Positions 50,618-60,821 of a stretch of 64,000 nt of DNA are shown piece after piece. Origin of the DNA: Geopsychrobacteraceae bacterium (GTDB lineage: Bacteria > Desulfobacterota > Desulfuromonadia > Desulfuromonadales > Geopsychrobacteraceae); NCBI GenBank assembly GCA_963662315.1, contig OY759353.1, positions 3,488,001 to 3,552,000 on the forward strand. The letters are read 5' to 3'. The notes beneath the pieces are model-generated. The model searched no databases, was not told the DNA's origin, and saw nothing but the letters and a program-made list of their open reading frames with translations. A program made the translations under genes and the position numbers. Position 1 is the stretch's first letter; the number at the start of each line of letters is the position of its first letter.

Positions 50618-51001
50618 ATGGTTGCGAGAACCGCTTTGATTCTAGATGATGACGATGATTATCGACAGCTTCTTGAAGAGTTTTTAGCCGATTACGACTA
50701 CGCTGTCAGTGCCTACGAATCTCCACTCTCATTTATCAATGGCTCAATTCACTGCCAGAGCTCAACGCCGTGTTTTGATATTATTATCACCGATAATCAG
50801 ATGCCGGGAATGGATGGTATCGATTTTCTGGCTATGCTCAAGGAGGTTTCCTGCAAGGTTCCGGATGGGCGCAAGGTACTAATCTCTGGCTTTCTGACAG
50901 AAGAGGTTAGGCGTAAAGCAGCCGAACTTGGCAGTCGATCCTTTAAAAAACAGACCGCGATGACCGATTTGACGGCATGGCTGGAAGCGTTACCTGTTTG
51001 A
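50618..51001 (+). CDS. Single-domain response regulator
   Basis: LILDDD, TDNQMPGMDG, ISG, FKK. Confidence 0.88.
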   Translation: MVARTALILDDDDDYRQLLEEFLADYDYAVSAYESPLSFINGSIHCQSSTPCFDIIITDNQMPGMDGIDFLAMLKEVSCKVPDGRKVLISGFLTEEVRRKAAELGSRSFKKQTAMTDLTAWLEALPV

Positions 51002-51063
51002 GGCACTTTGTTGAGACGTTCCTTCCAGAAATAGCTGGGATCTGACCTATTATATCTGGTAGA

Positions 51064-51101
51064 GATAAAGGGCTCTCCTTTTCCAAGGAGGGCCCTTTAT
51101 C
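51064..51101. terminator. Bidirectional terminator
   Basis: GATAAAGGGCTCTCCTT/AAGGAGGGCCCTTTATC inverted repeat. Confidence 0.8.
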
Positions 51102-51111
51102 TTGGTTATTC

Positions 51112-52314
51112 TTAGGCCAGTGTTTTAAGCATATTGCGACGGGCGATGGTTAAGCGTTCCGAAAGATCCGGCCCTTCCATATCACGTTCGACTGCCGTCA
51201 GAACTTCAGGAATTGCGATGTTTTGCGGACACTTTTCGATGCATTGACCACATTGAACGCACTGGGACGCGTACCCTGCAACGCCACCGGTTAGATCTCC
51301 CCCCATTCTGAAGGCATAACCCATTTTCGCAATTTCCGATTTAAACATATGCAGGTTATTAAACATTTCAAAGCAGATGGGAATATTAACGTTGGCCGGA
51401 CATGGCATGCAGTAACCGCATCCGGTACAGTTGACCTTCATCAGAGAGCGGTAAGTCTCTGCCGCTGCGGCAACCAGGGCCTTTTCATGCTCAGTCAGCA
51501 TGCCTGGAGTGGCCGCAGTGGCTAGCGCGATATTTTCATCTATATGAGCTTCCTCATTCATACCGCTGAGGATGCAGGTCACCTCAGGGTGATGCCATAG
51601 CCAAAGCAGAGCCCAGGCTACCGGAGTCCTCGGGGTCGGAGCTTGATTCCATATCGCCGCTACTTCGGGCGGTGCAACGGGCCGGCCCAGGCTGCCGCCG
51701 CGTAACGGTTCCATCACGATGACTGCCAGGCCTTCACCGGCCGCGTATTCCAAACCTGCTTTGCCCGCCTGATAGTCTTCATCGAGGTAATTATATTGAA
51801 TCTGGCAAAAATCCCAGGGATAGGCATCGACGATACGGTTAAAGTCTTCGGGAAGACCATGAAAGGAAAATCCGGCATTAATAATCCGGCCATCAGCTTT
51901 TGCCTGGTCAAGAAATTCATGAATTCCCAGCTTGACCATGGTATCCCAGACCGGACCTGTCAGGGTGTGGACCAGGTAATAATCAATCATGTCCGTTTGC
52001 AACTTTTGTAACTGGGCATTCAGGTAGCCATCCATATCCTCTCTGGTTTTCACCAGGAAAGACGGAAGCTTTGTGGCAAGTTTAACGCGTTGTCGATAGC
52101 CTTCCTGTAAGGCACGGCCGACCAGCGGTTCGCTTTCTCCAGCGTGATAAGGCCAAGCGGTATCAACATAGTTGATGCCGCGATCTATTGCAGTGCGGAT
52201 TTGCTTGATGGCCCTTTGTTCATCTATATGACCATCCTTGGTTGGCAAACGCATGCAGCCGAAACCAAGAATTGACAGGTCGTCGCCGTTTTTAGGAACT
52301 TTGCGGTATTGCAT
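51112..52314 (-). CDS. Aldo/keto reductase with C-terminal Fe-S domain
   Basis: GFGCMRLP, DTAWPYH, QIQYN, MEPLRGG, CTGCGYCMPCP, CVQCGQCIEKCP. Confidence 0.92.
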   Translation of the reverse strand: MQYRKVPKNGDDLSILGFGCMRLPTKDGHIDEQRAIKQIRTAIDRGINYVDTAWPYHAGESEPLVGRALQEGYRQRVKLATKLPSFLVKTREDMDGYLNAQLQKLQTDMIDYYLVHTLTGPVWDTMVKLGIHEFLDQAKADGRIINAGFSFHGLPEDFNRIVDAYPWDFCQIQYNYLDEDYQAGKAGLEYAAGEGLAVIVMEPLRGGSLGRPVAPPEVAAIWNQAPTPRTPVAWALLWLWHHPEVTCILSGMNEEAHIDENIALATAATPGMLTEHEKALVAAAAETYRSLMKVNCTGCGYCMPCPANVNIPICFEMFNNLHMFKSEIAKMGYAFRMGGDLTGGVAGYASQCVQCGQCIEKCPQNIAIPEVLTAVERDMEGPDLSERLTIARRNMLKTLA

Positions 52315-52476
52315 AAGGGGACTCCTTTTGTGCTGACAATGCAGCTTGTAACTGCTGGACTCTGTTGGGCAGAGGTAAGAGTATCAGCCGTATGGACCGG
52401 CTGAATCTTAGTAAGGTTTGCCATAGATGGCAAATGAATTGGCCGGTCTACTCATCAGCTCTTTGCAAATGGAAGT

Positions 52477-52794
52477 TTAGTGTTGCTTACAATACGTTGA
52501 GCGAATCAGCTTTTCAACGTTGATGATTCTGGCGTCTTGTTCTGGAAGCAGCGTGCCTTTCATGGCATCGCGAATGCAGAAATTAACCATTTCCTGCAGT
52601 GTCGGCACGTCATAATCACAAGCATTTTCCAGCCCTTTGCCATCGGAGTGGCAGCTGGCACAACTTTTTCCATTACTGCCCAGACTGGCATCATTAAATG
52701 CCTGTCTTCCCTCTTCCAGGTCGGAAGCCGCCATGACTGTAGAATTCGAGAAGATCAATAGTGCAGCAACAATAATGCTGATGAGTGACTTCAT
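52477..52794 (-). CDS. Small periplasmic monoheme cytochrome c
   Basis: Signal peptide, CASCH, VNFCIRDAM; start ATG 52794 after GGAGG. Confidence 0.85.
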   Translation of the reverse strand: MKSLISIIVAALLIFSNSTVMAASDLEEGRQAFNDASLGSNGKSCASCHSDGKGLENACDYDVPTLQEMVNFCIRDAMKGTLLPEQDARIINVEKLIRSTYCKQH

Positions 52795-52894
52795 TTTATC
52801 CTCCAAAGGGAAAGATGCACAGATGACAAGTATAACAAAGCATTGCAAATGCGATGCTGTTGTTGTCAATATTGCTGCCCTGACGACGGGTGGC

Positions 52895-53803
52895 CTATTT
52901 TAACACTCCCTTTTCTTTCAGGAAATTGCTTTCCTGCTTAACGATATCAACAAAGGCCTGTTCTGTGGCACTGATGGGCTTTTCATTTCGGAAGTACAGA
53001 GCCATGTCCCAGTAGACAGGATAGGCGAGGGGAATATCTACAATATCATGATTGTTGTTCAATAGAGTTGCGAACGGATCGACGACGGCAATTCCAACCC
53101 CGCGTTGCACGAGCCCGCATACGGCATTCAGGGTTCTGGCTTCGGCAGCTATGTTTCTCTGAATTCCCTTTGACTGCATCATATAATCGACCCGCGTCCG
53201 CAAAGGGCTGCCAAGGGACAGTTCAACCGTCTGTGTATGGTTGAAATCTGCAAGTTCGATAATTTTTTTATGGGCCAAAGGATGATCCTTGCGCATGATG
53301 CAGCGGACTTCACAGCGTCCGAGAGAAACGCGGCGCGTATGATAGGCGCCGGCGTCCAGGGTGATGCCGATGCCGATATCACAACTATGGTCAGCGATGT
53401 TTTTAAGGAGACTCTCAAGACCGACATCGATAATTTTGACCCCTACATAGGGGTGAGCCTGCTTGAATTTGGCGACTATATCGAGCAGGAAGGTATCGAT
53501 GTAAATCGGTTGGGCAGCAACAACAATACGGCCGATCTGTTTATTCAAAATCGCTTTGGCTTCATTGTTGATTTCTCGTAGAGCCGTCAGGAAGCGTGGG
53601 ACGGTGGCATGAAAACTGTGAGCTTCCGGGGTCGCAATTAACTGGTTCCGTTTCCGCTCGAACAGCTTAAACCCGACATTTTGCTCTAATTGTCCCAGAA
53701 GTTTGCTGACCATCGGCTGGCTGGTATTTATTTCCGTTGCCGCTTTTGTAACCGAGCCGAAAGTCATGAACGCATTGAACGCTTCAATTTGTCGAATTTT
53801 CAT
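52895..53803 (-). CDS. LysR-family regulator
   Basis: SVTKAA..INTSQPMVSK..LE...LFER HTH. Confidence 0.94.
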   Translation of the reverse strand: MKIRQIEAFNAFMTFGSVTKAATEINTSQPMVSKLLGQLEQNVGFKLFERKRNQLIATPEAHSFHATVPRFLTALREINNEAKAILNKQIGRIVVAAQPIYIDTFLLDIVAKFKQAHPYVGVKIIDVGLESLLKNIADHSCDIGIGITLDAGAYHTRRVSLGRCEVRCIMRKDHPLAHKKIIELADFNHTQTVELSLGSPLRTRVDYMMQSKGIQRNIAAEARTLNAVCGLVQRGVGIAVVDPFATLLNNNHDIVDIPLAYPVYWDMALYFRNEKPISATEQAFVDIVKQESNFLKEKGVLK

Positions 53804-53935
53804 CTGTTCCTCTTCTTATCGATAGTCAGTATGCTAATAAGTTATAGTAAGACCATTATGTTGAATTAAATGGAATGATCTGGCAAGTTATTTTACGGTA
53901 ACTTACAAACCAATTTACTTAAGGAGGATGTTGTC

Positions 53936-54913
53936 ATGGCAAGGATGTTAAGCGTTTTTATCGTTATGCTTTGTTTGGTTTCCCCAACAGTGACTCTACA
54001 AGCAGCGGGCTACCCAGAAAAGCCAATTACTCTTGTTGCACCCTATGGTGCTGGTGGAGCATCCGATCTTGTTGCTCGCGCTCTGGCCGAGACTGCTCGT
54101 GGGTACCTCGGTGAACAGCCGGTCATTGTCATCAATAAACCAGGTAATGGCGGCATGACGGGGTCCCGCTATGTTGCCAGCAGCGATCCAGACGGTTACA
54201 CGCTGCTTCTGGCTCGCGTTGGCATGGCTCTTTACCCCGCTGTGCATTCAAAATCTCCGGTAGCCTGGGACGAATACACATTCCTTGGCCTGCTGGAAGC
54301 AACTCCGATGATTTTGTGTGTCAATGAAGATTCTCCTTACAAGACCGTTGAAGATCTGATCGAAGCGATCAAGAAAAAACCGGGGCAGATGACCTATGCT
54401 GCTTCCGGTGCGGCAGCTATTGACGGTTTTGCCGTCCAGACCTTGCTCTCGGATATCGGTCTCGATCCCCTGACGGCAGCGACTTTGGTCCCTTACAAAG
54501 GTGGTGGCGCTTTGGCAACGGCCCTGCTGGGAAATCATGTTGATTTCCTTGCTGTTGCCGCTGGTTCTTTGATGCCGCATATAGAAGCGGGGAAAATGCG
54601 CCCCCTGATGGTTTATGCTCCGTCCCGTATGGACAAACTCCCTGCAGTACCGACGGCCACGGAAAAAGGCTATGTCCAGGCCGGCCAGGTTACTGGCTGG
54701 AGCGCTCTTTATGGACCTAAGGGGCTTCCGGAAGATGTTGTTGCCAGTTGGAATGAAGCTCTTGGCAAGGTGGCAGATGACAAAACCTGGAAAGAACTCG
54801 CAGACCGGCGTGGCTCCATTTCTGCCATTGGTACAGTGGATATGAGTAAGTATGCTCAAGGGCAGTACCAGCTCTACAACTCTTTGGCAAAAAAATTCGG
54901 TTACCTGAAATAG
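53936..54913 (+). CDS. tctC: Tripartite tricarboxylate transporter substrate-binding protein
   Basis: YPEKPITLVAPYGAGGASD, NKPG.GG, PDGYTLL, VPYKGG. Confidence 0.92.
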   Translation: MARMLSVFIVMLCLVSPTVTLQAAGYPEKPITLVAPYGAGGASDLVARALAETARGYLGEQPVIVINKPGNGGMTGSRYVASSDPDGYTLLLARVGMALYPAVHSKSPVAWDEYTFLGLLEATPMILCVNEDSPYKTVEDLIEAIKKKPGQMTYAASGAAAIDGFAVQTLLSDIGLDPLTAATLVPYKGGGALATALLGNHVDFLAVAAGSLMPHIEAGKMRPLMVYAPSRMDKLPAVPTATEKGYVQAGQVTGWSALYGPKGLPEDVVASWNEALGKVADDKTWKELADRRGSISAIGTVDMSKYAQGQYQLYNSLAKKFGYLK

Positions 54914-54964
54914 AAACGCCTGAGCCCCCAAGAGGCATACCTGGCGGATTTGGAGGAATATTTT

Positions 54965-55477
54965 ATGCGAACCAGTGCAGATTGGCGACGTGGCAGTTTT
55001 ATTGCCCTGATGTTTGCGGTCGTTTTTTTCGTCCTGATTCCCGAATACGTACCTAGGCCGGCATTTATACCTGGTTTTGCTCCACCCCCTGATATGTGGC
55101 CGCGGGTTATTTCAGTTGTTGGAATGTTTCTTGGGGGTGTGGAAATTGTCATTGCCCTGTTCGAACGCAGGGCAATGGCAGTCTCGCCGGTAACCTTTTC
55201 GGCTTGGATCAACAAGCACAAATTGTGTCTATTGCGTTTCGCTTTGGCGTGCGGGGCGTTCACACTGTTTATTGTTTTGATCCCCTTGCTGGGCTTCCTC
55301 ATCGCGTCAATTTTGGTTGGTGCTGCCAGTTTTCTGTTGGCCGGTGGCTGGCAGTATAAGGGGTGGATGGTTGGTCTGTCGATTCTATTACCAGTCTTCC
55401 TCTTCTTTGTTTTTAAGCATTTTATTAATACGCCATTTCCCAAGGGGACACTGTTCAAAGCCCTGGGAATTGGCTGA
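54965..55477 (+). CDS. tctB: Tripartite tricarboxylate transporter small membrane subunit
   Basis: Four to five TM helices, P..WP and P.PKG motifs; lies between tctC and tctA. Confidence 0.85.
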   Translation: MRTSADWRRGSFIALMFAVVFFVLIPEYVPRPAFIPGFAPPPDMWPRVISVVGMFLGGVEIVIALFERRAMAVSPVTFSAWINKHKLCLLRFALACGAFTLFIVLIPLLGFLIASILVGAASFLLAGGWQYKGWMVGLSILLPVFLFFVFKHFINTPFPKGTLFKALGIG

Positions 55478-55494
55478 AACAGCAGGAGAGTTTC

Positions 55495-57006
55495 ATGTGG
55501 CATGATGTACTTCTAGCCTTACAGGCTGTCGCAACAGTCAATAATTTTCTGGCGATGGGAGCCGGAATATGGGCCGGTGTCATTATTGGAGCGATTCCGG
55601 GCATGACGGGGACTATGGCAGTGACTCTTGCCCTCCCGTTTACGTTCTACATGGAGCCGGTTACCAGTCTTCTGTTGTTGGTCGCACTATACAAAGGAAG
55701 TACCTATGGGGGGTCGATTTCCGCTATTTTGATTAAGACCCCCGGAACCGCTTCGGCAGCTTGTACAATCCTTGATGGTTATCCGCTGGCACAGCAAGGG
55801 AAGGCGGGTAAGGCGCTCAATATGGCTCTGATTTCTTCTTGTATTGGCGACTTCATTTCGAACCTGTCGCTGATCTTTTTTGCGGCGCCATTGGCTTTTC
55901 TTGCTCTTAAGGTTGGTCCGCCGGAATACTTCATGCTCATGGCTTTTGCCCTGACCATGGTTGCAGGTATATCGGGGGACTCATTACTGCTGGGTGCTAT
56001 TTCTGCCTGTATCGGTCTGCTGCTGGCAACGGTCGGAGAAGATATCTATGGGTCCTATCGGTTTGCCATGACCGATAACCTGATGAATGGTTTGTCTGTG
56101 GCCCCGGTTCTGATCGGCCTTTTTGCCTTGCCTGAACTGCTGAAGTTGATTGTTTTCGGCGATAGCAACAAGGGAAAACTGATGGCGATGGGAGATAACA
56201 AGGTTACTCTTGCCGAAATCAAGGGGTCTCTGAAATCAATTTTTCGCGGAAGTTTTATCGGTGTTGTTTTGGGAGCTATGCCTGGGATTGGGCCGGCAGC
56301 CGCCGCTTTCTTTTCTTATGGTGAGGCGCGCCGAACATCTCCTAACCGGGAAAATTTTGGAAAAGGGGAGCTGGAAGGGATCGCTGCCTCGGAATCGGCC
56401 AACAATGGTTGCTGTGGCTCGACGATGATCCCGTTACTGGCCCTGGGAGTTCCCGGTGATGTTATTACTGGTGTCATGCTGGGGGCATTTATGATTCAGG
56501 GGCTGACCCCCGGACCCTTGTTGTTCCAGAATAATATTCACGAAGTTTACATGTTGCTGATTGGAATGATGTGCTCTTCAGTCTTTCTGTTTGGTGCGGG
56601 AAAATTGACGGCCAATTTCTTTTCCTACATCTCGCGAATACCACTGTCTTTGTTGACACCCAGTGTCCTGTTACTCTGTGTTTTCGGTATCTACTCGATC
56701 TCAAGCGATCCTTTCGACGTGACAGTACTGATTGTGATGGGGGTGGTGGGTTTCTTCATGATGTTGATGAATATTCCTGCAGCGCCATTTCTTATAGCTT
56801 TCATCCTTGGGCCGATGTTTGAGGATAACCTCAGAAGAGCTTTGGCTATTTCCCGTGGCAACCTGAATATTTTCTTTCAATCGACGATTTCATGGATCTT
56901 CTTCATTTTGATCATTCTTTTTGTCGTGATTACCGCTCGCCGTGAGTGGCAGGGGTTTCGGGCTAAAAAAGCTGCCGCAGTTTCTAGTATCTCTGGAGTC
57001 CGTTGA
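55495..57006 (+). CDS. tctA: Tripartite tricarboxylate transporter large membrane subunit
   Basis: GAIPG, YGGSISAIL..TPG, DGYP, ESANN, LGVPG, GLTPGP. Confidence 0.94.
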   Translation: MWHDVLLALQAVATVNNFLAMGAGIWAGVIIGAIPGMTGTMAVTLALPFTFYMEPVTSLLLLVALYKGSTYGGSISAILIKTPGTASAACTILDGYPLAQQGKAGKALNMALISSCIGDFISNLSLIFFAAPLAFLALKVGPPEYFMLMAFALTMVAGISGDSLLLGAISACIGLLLATVGEDIYGSYRFAMTDNLMNGLSVAPVLIGLFALPELLKLIVFGDSNKGKLMAMGDNKVTLAEIKGSLKSIFRGSFIGVVLGAMPGIGPAAAAFFSYGEARRTSPNRENFGKGELEGIAASESANNGCCGSTMIPLLALGVPGDVITGVMLGAFMIQGLTPGPLLFQNNIHEVYMLLIGMMCSSVFLFGAGKLTANFFSYISRIPLSLLTPSVLLLCVFGIYSISSDPFDVTVLIVMGVVGFFMMLMNIPAAPFLIAFILGPMFEDNLRRALAISRGNLNIFFQSTISWIFFILIILFVVITARREWQGFRAKKAAAVSSISGVR

Positions 57007-58208
57007 TGATCGATTTGAAAAGAACCATTTCTATACTTGAAGACCTGGTGCGTTTTGACACAACGAGCCGCAATGGCAACCGTGAGTTGGTCGACTATAT
57101 TGCCAACTACCTTCATAGTCAGGGTGTTGAATCGACAATTTTGTCAGATCAAACGGGCCTTAAAGCCAACCTTGTGGCCCGCATTGGACCAGAAAACAGG
57201 GCGGGAATTGTTCTTTCTGGACATACCGATGTTGTCCCTGCAGCTGAAGAAGGTTGGCTGTCCCCGCCTTTCGAGCTAGCGGAACGAGGTGGTAAACTGT
57301 ATGGCCGTGGCACCTCCGACATGAAGGGTTTTATCTCCTGCGTGCTGGCAGCAGTTCCAGCCCTAACGGCTGCAAATCTCGATCTGCCTGTGTATCTGTG
57401 TTTTTCTTACGACGAAGAGGTCGGCTGTCTCGGCGCTCCCGCCGTGGCCCATTATCTGAAAGCCCTGCGGGTTCCACCGCTTCTGGCTATCATAGGTGAA
57501 CCCTCAGACATGAAGTGGATAAACGGGCAAAAAGGAAAAATCGCCATGCGCTGCCATGTTCAGGGGACTGCGGGACATTCTTCCCTGGCGCCCAAGCATG
57601 TCAACGCGATCAAGTATAGTGCTAAAATCATTTCAATGATTGAAGACTTCGCCGAGGATTTTAAAACCAATGGCCCCTTTGATTACGATTATTCGGTGCC
57701 TCATTCGACGATGCTGACGACGATGATTCATAGTGGTGTGGCAACCAATATTACCCCTGAATCAAGCGCATTTAATTTCGAAATTCGCAGCCTGCCGGAG
57801 CATAACGCTGCAGACGTGATTGCGCAGCTGAAAGCCCGGGTTGAGCAGAGTATTTTACCGGAAATGAAAGCTGTCAGCGAAAGAGCCGACATTGAGTGGG
57901 AAGAGGTTTTTTCGTACCCGGCCATGGGGGATTTGACAGGCAGCGAAGCATACGAGTTCATCAAGGACATTTTGCCTGCTTGGGGTGGTAAAGTCTCCTA
58001 CGGCTCCGAGGGGGGCGTTTTTGAAACGGTTGGAGGAATTCCTTCGCTGATCATAGGACCTGGATCGATTGTTCAGGCCCACAAAACAAACGAATATATT
58101 GAGATTGACCAATTGCAACAATGTCTCATGTTTCTAGCCCGGTTGATTGCGCATCTGAATAGCAAGAAAAAATATGTAGCTGACAAGAAGTCGTTACCCG
58201 TTTCCTGA
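57006..58208 (+). CDS. M20 acetylornithine deacetylase (ArgE)-family amidohydrolase
   Basis: SGHTDVVP, GRGTSDMKG, SYDEE.GC.G, GEP, GHSS, AHK..E. Confidence 0.9.
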   Translation: MIDLKRTISILEDLVRFDTTSRNGNRELVDYIANYLHSQGVESTILSDQTGLKANLVARIGPENRAGIVLSGHTDVVPAAEEGWLSPPFELAERGGKLYGRGTSDMKGFISCVLAAVPALTAANLDLPVYLCFSYDEEVGCLGAPAVAHYLKALRVPPLLAIIGEPSDMKWINGQKGKIAMRCHVQGTAGHSSLAPKHVNAIKYSAKIISMIEDFAEDFKTNGPFDYDYSVPHSTMLTTMIHSGVATNITPESSAFNFEIRSLPEHNAADVIAQLKARVEQSILPEMKAVSERADIEWEEVFSYPAMGDLTGSEAYEFIKDILPAWGGKVSYGSEGGVFETVGGIPSLIIGPGSIVQAHKTNEYIEIDQLQQCLMFLARLIAHLNSKKKYVADKKSLPVS

Positions 58209-58620
58209 CAACGGCTGGGTGAGCTTCCGATCTTCAGAAAATTTTCCGGTATCTGTGTTTATAGTGGGGTTTGTCTCTATAGATTTACATATGCTTAGCA
58301 GTAGTAGTCGCGGCTACTACTGCTAAGTGTGATTAATATACGGCCATTGATGATCCCGGCCGGATTATGTTCAGTAAAATGAGAAATACTATCCTGAATG
58401 TCAAATATCCAGAAGCATGAACCTTTGATATCCCATCCTCGGAACAATTGTCTTACCATCTTGAAATCCAAAAATTCATAGTATGCCTCCAACAATCCAG
58501 CTGAGCATCAGCACGGCAACATACTGGGAAAACTTCAGAAAATAATATCCTTTATAGATTTAATTTATTATTACATGCTAATATTCTGCAGAATTTAACC
58601 TACCTACACTTGGAGATTTC

Positions 58621-60705
58621 ATGGTGAGACTAGTTCATTTTTTGTTAGTCTTTGTATTGGTCATTTCCCTGCCAGGATGTGGTCATGACTCCGCGTCGAC
58701 GGAATCTTCTGCGTCAGACCAGCCCCAGTTTACTTACATTCAGTTTCCTGAATCTGTAGCCGAAGTGGAAACGCTTACGGAAGAGGCGATCCTGCGATGT
58801 GAAAGGACTCTCGATGAGATCCTCAGTCAAGCGTCCCCTAATTTTTCAAACACGATCCATGCCTTAACTGATGCAGTTGATAGTGACTTGGAGAGCGTGA
58901 TCAGCTATTTCGGCATCGTTGCAGATCTATCTCCAAGCTCAGAGGTCCGTGATGCTGCCTATGAGGCATCTGACGAGCTGGTGTCGTACCGTTCCCAGCT
59001 TTTTAAGAATGATGAACTCTATCTGGTGGTCACCGAGGCCGTTGCCCATAGTGATTCCTTGAACGATGAGCAGCAGGCAGTAGTCTCCACAATCGTGAAT
59101 AGGTTCAAGAATAACGATTTATCTTTAGACGCTTCAGATCAAGAAACCCTCATATCGTTGCGAGAAAGAGTACGGGATCTTGTCATTGAGTTCAGGAAAA
59201 ACCTATATTCAGGTGACTTCGATCCTGAAGTAACGTTTACCGCAGAAGAATTGCAGGGGGTCCCGGACTCCGTGCTGAACCAATTCCAACCCGATGGGGC
59301 CGGAAATTATACCAACCTTCCTTATGCAACAATTTTGGAATTTGCAAGCTCAGAAGAAACACGAAAAAAAGCCTTTATCGCCCAATATTCTGTTGCTAGG
59401 GACGTGAACCCGGAACTGTTTGCCGAAATCGCACAACTTCGTGCGCGCATAGCGGAAATATATGGTTACGATTCCTTCTCTGCCTACAAGACAGCTTCAT
59501 TAATGGCAGGCTCCCCGCAAACCGTAGCAGCTTTTCTGACCGATTTAAATGGCAAGATAGCGGAAAAAAGGTCAAGCGAAATAGACGTTCTAGAGAAAAT
59601 AAAGCAGCAGGAAACCGGAGACGCTACAGCAACGCTTAACGTCTGGGATGTCTCATATTATAAGAAAATTTACCTGGAAGACTTTCCAGAATTAGACACA
59701 AGTTCATTCAATAAATATTTTGAGTGGGAAAGAACCTTGAATGGAATGTTCTCTATCTTTGAGGGCGTCCTGAATATTAAGATCATCAAGCGCGATACCT
59801 CCGCCATGCAGTTGTGGTCTGAAGATGTCAGGCTTTATGAAGTGCATGACGGTGACACTGACAGGCCCCTTGGCCTTTTCTATTTAGACCCTTACCTTCG
59901 TGATGGGAAATATCCTTATTATGAAACCTGGCCTGCTTCCGCGCGCAACCGTTCTGCAGCGGGCAAAGTGACACTTCCAACCTCGGTTTTGATTGGCCCT
60001 TGGCGTAAGCCGGATCTTAAAAGCAATACACCAATTTTGCTTACCTTTGACGAGATGGTAGGCTTGTTTCATGAGTTTGGTCATACCCTGGATGATTTGT
60101 TGATCGCGTCGGATTATGCCGTTCTGGCATATCCTCATTGGGATTTCATTGAAGTGCCATCCCAACTGTTCGAGCGCTACTGCTATGATCAGGACGCTCT
60201 GGCGACGTTTGCGGTTAACTATCAGGATGAGGCTGATACCCTGCCTGAAAATTTTGTTGACGTCATCAGGCAGCGCGAGCAGATGTTCATCGGTATGTTT
60301 ACGGGTACTCAGCTCTCCTATGCGATGACTGATCAGATTATTTACAGCATGTCTGTCTCAGGGACAGAAACCCTTGATGTTGATGCCGTTTTTCGTGAGG
60401 TTTCAGAGCGTTACTATATGCCTTTTCCCGAAGAGGCGTCCCGAATGGCACAAATTGTCCACCTGATTGACAACTATCCCTCCACGTATTATGGCTACCT
60501 CTGGTCCGATGCCATTGTTGCTGATATCAAAAGTGCTTTTCATCAGTCAAATAGTGGATTGCTCAATTCAGATACTGGATTCAGGTTTCGGCAAGAGATC
60601 CTTGAGCCGGGCAGCCTCCGTAACGAGAATGAATCTCTGTCCCTGTTTCTTGGCCGAGATTGGAGTGTTGATGCATACGCCGAAGAATTATTTTCCGGCA
60701 AATGA
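58621..60705 (+). CDS. M3A (thimet oligopeptidase-like) metallopeptidase with lipoprotein signal
   Basis: Lipobox LPGC; FYLDPY.R.GK, FHEFGH, DFIEVPSQ, YYGYLWS. Confidence 0.9.
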   Translation: MVRLVHFLLVFVLVISLPGCGHDSASTESSASDQPQFTYIQFPESVAEVETLTEEAILRCERTLDEILSQASPNFSNTIHALTDAVDSDLESVISYFGIVADLSPSSEVRDAAYEASDELVSYRSQLFKNDELYLVVTEAVAHSDSLNDEQQAVVSTIVNRFKNNDLSLDASDQETLISLRERVRDLVIEFRKNLYSGDFDPEVTFTAEELQGVPDSVLNQFQPDGAGNYTNLPYATILEFASSEETRKKAFIAQYSVARDVNPELFAEIAQLRARIAEIYGYDSFSAYKTASLMAGSPQTVAAFLTDLNGKIAEKRSSEIDVLEKIKQQETGDATATLNVWDVSYYKKIYLEDFPELDTSSFNKYFEWERTLNGMFSIFEGVLNIKIIKRDTSAMQLWSEDVRLYEVHDGDTDRPLGLFYLDPYLRDGKYPYYETWPASARNRSAAGKVTLPTSVLIGPWRKPDLKSNTPILLTFDEMVGLFHEFGHTLDDLLIASDYAVLAYPHWDFIEVPSQLFERYCYDQDALATFAVNYQDEADTLPENFVDVIRQREQMFIGMFTGTQLSYAMTDQIIYSMSVSGTETLDVDAVFREVSERYYMPFPEEASRMAQIVHLIDNYPSTYYGYLWSDAIVADIKSAFHQSNSGLLNSDTGFRFRQEILEPGSLRNENESLSLFLGRDWSVDAYAEELFSGK

Positions 60706-60821
60706 TAATTTGGACTGTTCGCCGACCTAATTTCATCAACGATCAATACGACTTGAAATTATCAGATAAATAACGAGAAGAGAGCAAAACCGCAGCACAA
60801 AAAGCAAAAGGCCGAATCGGT

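Noticed and set aside
58295..58495. 66-aa minus-strand ORF in AT-rich spacer
   Set aside because: TTG start without a clear RBS and no recognisable motif; cannot be supported
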